A program made the position numbers and the translations under genes. A stretch of 44,107 nucleotides of DNA, taken from IMG/VR virus record IMGVR_UViG_3300026302_000104, positions 1 to 44,107 of that record; one strand, given 5' to 3'. Positions within the stretch are counted from its first letter, which is position 1; each line of letters opens with the position of its first letter. The DNA is from a virus. The notes under the pieces are model-generated. The model made no database searches. It was not told the DNA's origin and worked only from the letters and a program-made list of their open reading frames with translations. Shown here piece after piece: positions 42,947 to 44,107 of this stretch.

Positions 42947-44107
42947 TTAAAAGTATTCCGAAAGCTGCGCCGCATGAGCGTTTAGCGCGTCGCGAACATG
43001 ATCGTTAGTGAATCGACTGTAAACTCTTGTTACGTTTTGATTCGTTTGATTAAGAATATCGCCGACGATTGTTAAGTTCTTCGAGCTCTGGACGACCCAA
43101 GATCCGACCGTTCTTCGTAAGTCGTGAAGTCGAACATCTTCTAATCTCGCTTCCTTCCGGATCTTCTGCCAAGCTTTATCAATCCTCGACAAATGAGTGC
43201 CGGCAATCTTGCCCGGAAAAACATAAGGGTTAATGCCCTTCTTGGGTAAAGAAGCCAATATTTTGAGCGCCGGAGCGGCGAGCGGGATTCGATGCGGCCG
43301 TCCGTTTTTTGTATCTGGAAGTCGAATCTCGCCGAACTCGAGGTCAACATAGGACCACCTGAGCGAGAGCAGTTCCATCTTACGCATACCTGTATACAAA
43401 TAGAGTTGAAGAGCGGCGCGAACGAACGGATCTTCGTGCGCGGCTATCGCTGCAGCGAGCCGGGGCATTTCCGAGGGCAAGACAAAGCGGTCGCGAGCTC
43501 TCTCTTTATACTGCTTGATTCCACTTGCCGGATTCGGCCAAGTCTCCGGCAGATATCCCCAGATCGTCGCTAACCTGAACATCGTGTGAAGCTGCTCGAT
43601 CACCCGGTTGGCTGAATAGTGAGACCGCTTCCCGATCTCTCGATGAAGGCGAGAGAGGTCGTCGCGACTTATCTCCGACAATCCTCGTTTGCCGAGGACC
43701 GGAAGGACGTAAAATTTGAGCCGTTGCTCGTCCTTCTTCCAGCTCTTTTTATGCTCACGGGCATGACGATCTATATAGATTTCGGCAAAGCGCGAGACGT
43801 CAATAACGCCTTGAAGCGCGATTCCTTCTTTTATCTGGAAGCTTTGAATTAGATCGGTCGGATCGTCGCCGCCCCTGGCTAGAGCCTTCATCCTGCTAGC
43901 TAGCCGGCGCGCCTGGTCTAGAGTCATGAAGTCAGTAGAGCCAAGGGTCCGCCATACCGCGCGGCCTTTTAAGTTGAATTTCAGGATAAAAACTTGCCTG
44001 CCGGAGCGATTAACCCGGACGCCGAGGCCCGGAACGTGCTCGTCGAAAACGGTCAAAATTTTGTCTGTTTTTTGGCGTTTCATAAAGAAGCTTAGCGGTA
44101 CGGTCAT
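42947..44107 (-). CDS. int: Tyrosine integrase with N-terminal arm-binding domain (P4-like)
   Basis: DEHVPGLGVRV; TGMRKME; DTKNG; HDLRRT; VTRVY. Confidence 0.95.
   Translation of the reverse strand: MTVPLSFFMKRQKTDKILTVFDEHVPGLGVRVNRSGRQVFILKFNLKGRAVWRTLGSTDFMTLDQARRLASRMKALARGGDDPTDLIQSFQIKEGIALQGVIDVSRFAEIYIDRHAREHKKSWKKDEQRLKFYVLPVLGKRGLSEISRDDLSRLHREIGKRSHYSANRVIEQLHTMFRLATIWGYLPETWPNPASGIKQYKERARDRFVLPSEMPRLAAAIAAHEDPFVRAALQLYLYTGMRKMELLSLRWSYVDLEFGEIRLPDTKNGRPHRIPLAAPALKILASLPKKGINPYVFPGKIAGTHLSRIDKAWQKIRKEARLEDVRLHDLRRTVGSWVVQSSKNLTIVGDILNQTNQNVTRVYSRFTNDHVRDALNAHAAQLSEYF

Larger units (their letters stand above)
1..44107. mobile_element. Temperate HK97/lambda-like siphophage (prophage or phage genome), apparently near complete
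   Basis: Integrase, HNH, TerS, TerL, portal, protease, capsid, head-tail, tail, tape measure, lysin, recombination and replication genes in coherent modules. No att repeats visible inside the window. Confidence 0.97.

Noticed and set aside
1..44107. CRISPR array, tRNA genes, terminal att direct repeats
   Set aside because: No regularly spaced repeats, cloverleaf or end-to-end repeat found by eye; the window is cut at start codons, so att sites may lie outside

Overview
The window is an apparently near-complete temperate siphophage or prophage, about 44 kb, made of two converging arms. The + strand arm (1-17218) holds a tandem-HTH regulator, a structured non-coding region, HTH/Zn-finger genes, two adenine methyltransferases, RecT-like and Gam-like proteins, RusA, a P4-type primase-helicase, a DEDDh exonuclease and an island of small accessory genes. 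The - strand arm (44107-17202) holds a tyrosine integrase, HNH, a probable cos region, TerS/TerL, HK97-type portal/protease/capsid, head-tail genes, a lambda-like tail (with G/GT frameshift), a tail fibre and a GH108 lysin. The strongest unexplained signal is a 182-nt rod-shaped RNA at 593-774 that ends in a U7 tract and has the size, geometry and motifs of a 6S RNA (RNA-polymerase decoy), sitting in the phage control region. Other notable signals: signal-peptide proteins interleaved among virion genes, a ~510-aa insert in the tape measure between duplicated end motifs, a nested gene inside the Gam-like ORF, an attenuator-like capsid leader, and a long inverted repeat downstream of the integrase. 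The host may be a cyanobacteria-related lineage such as Vampirovibrionia (weak inference). All family calls come from motif recognition by eye; no searches were run.
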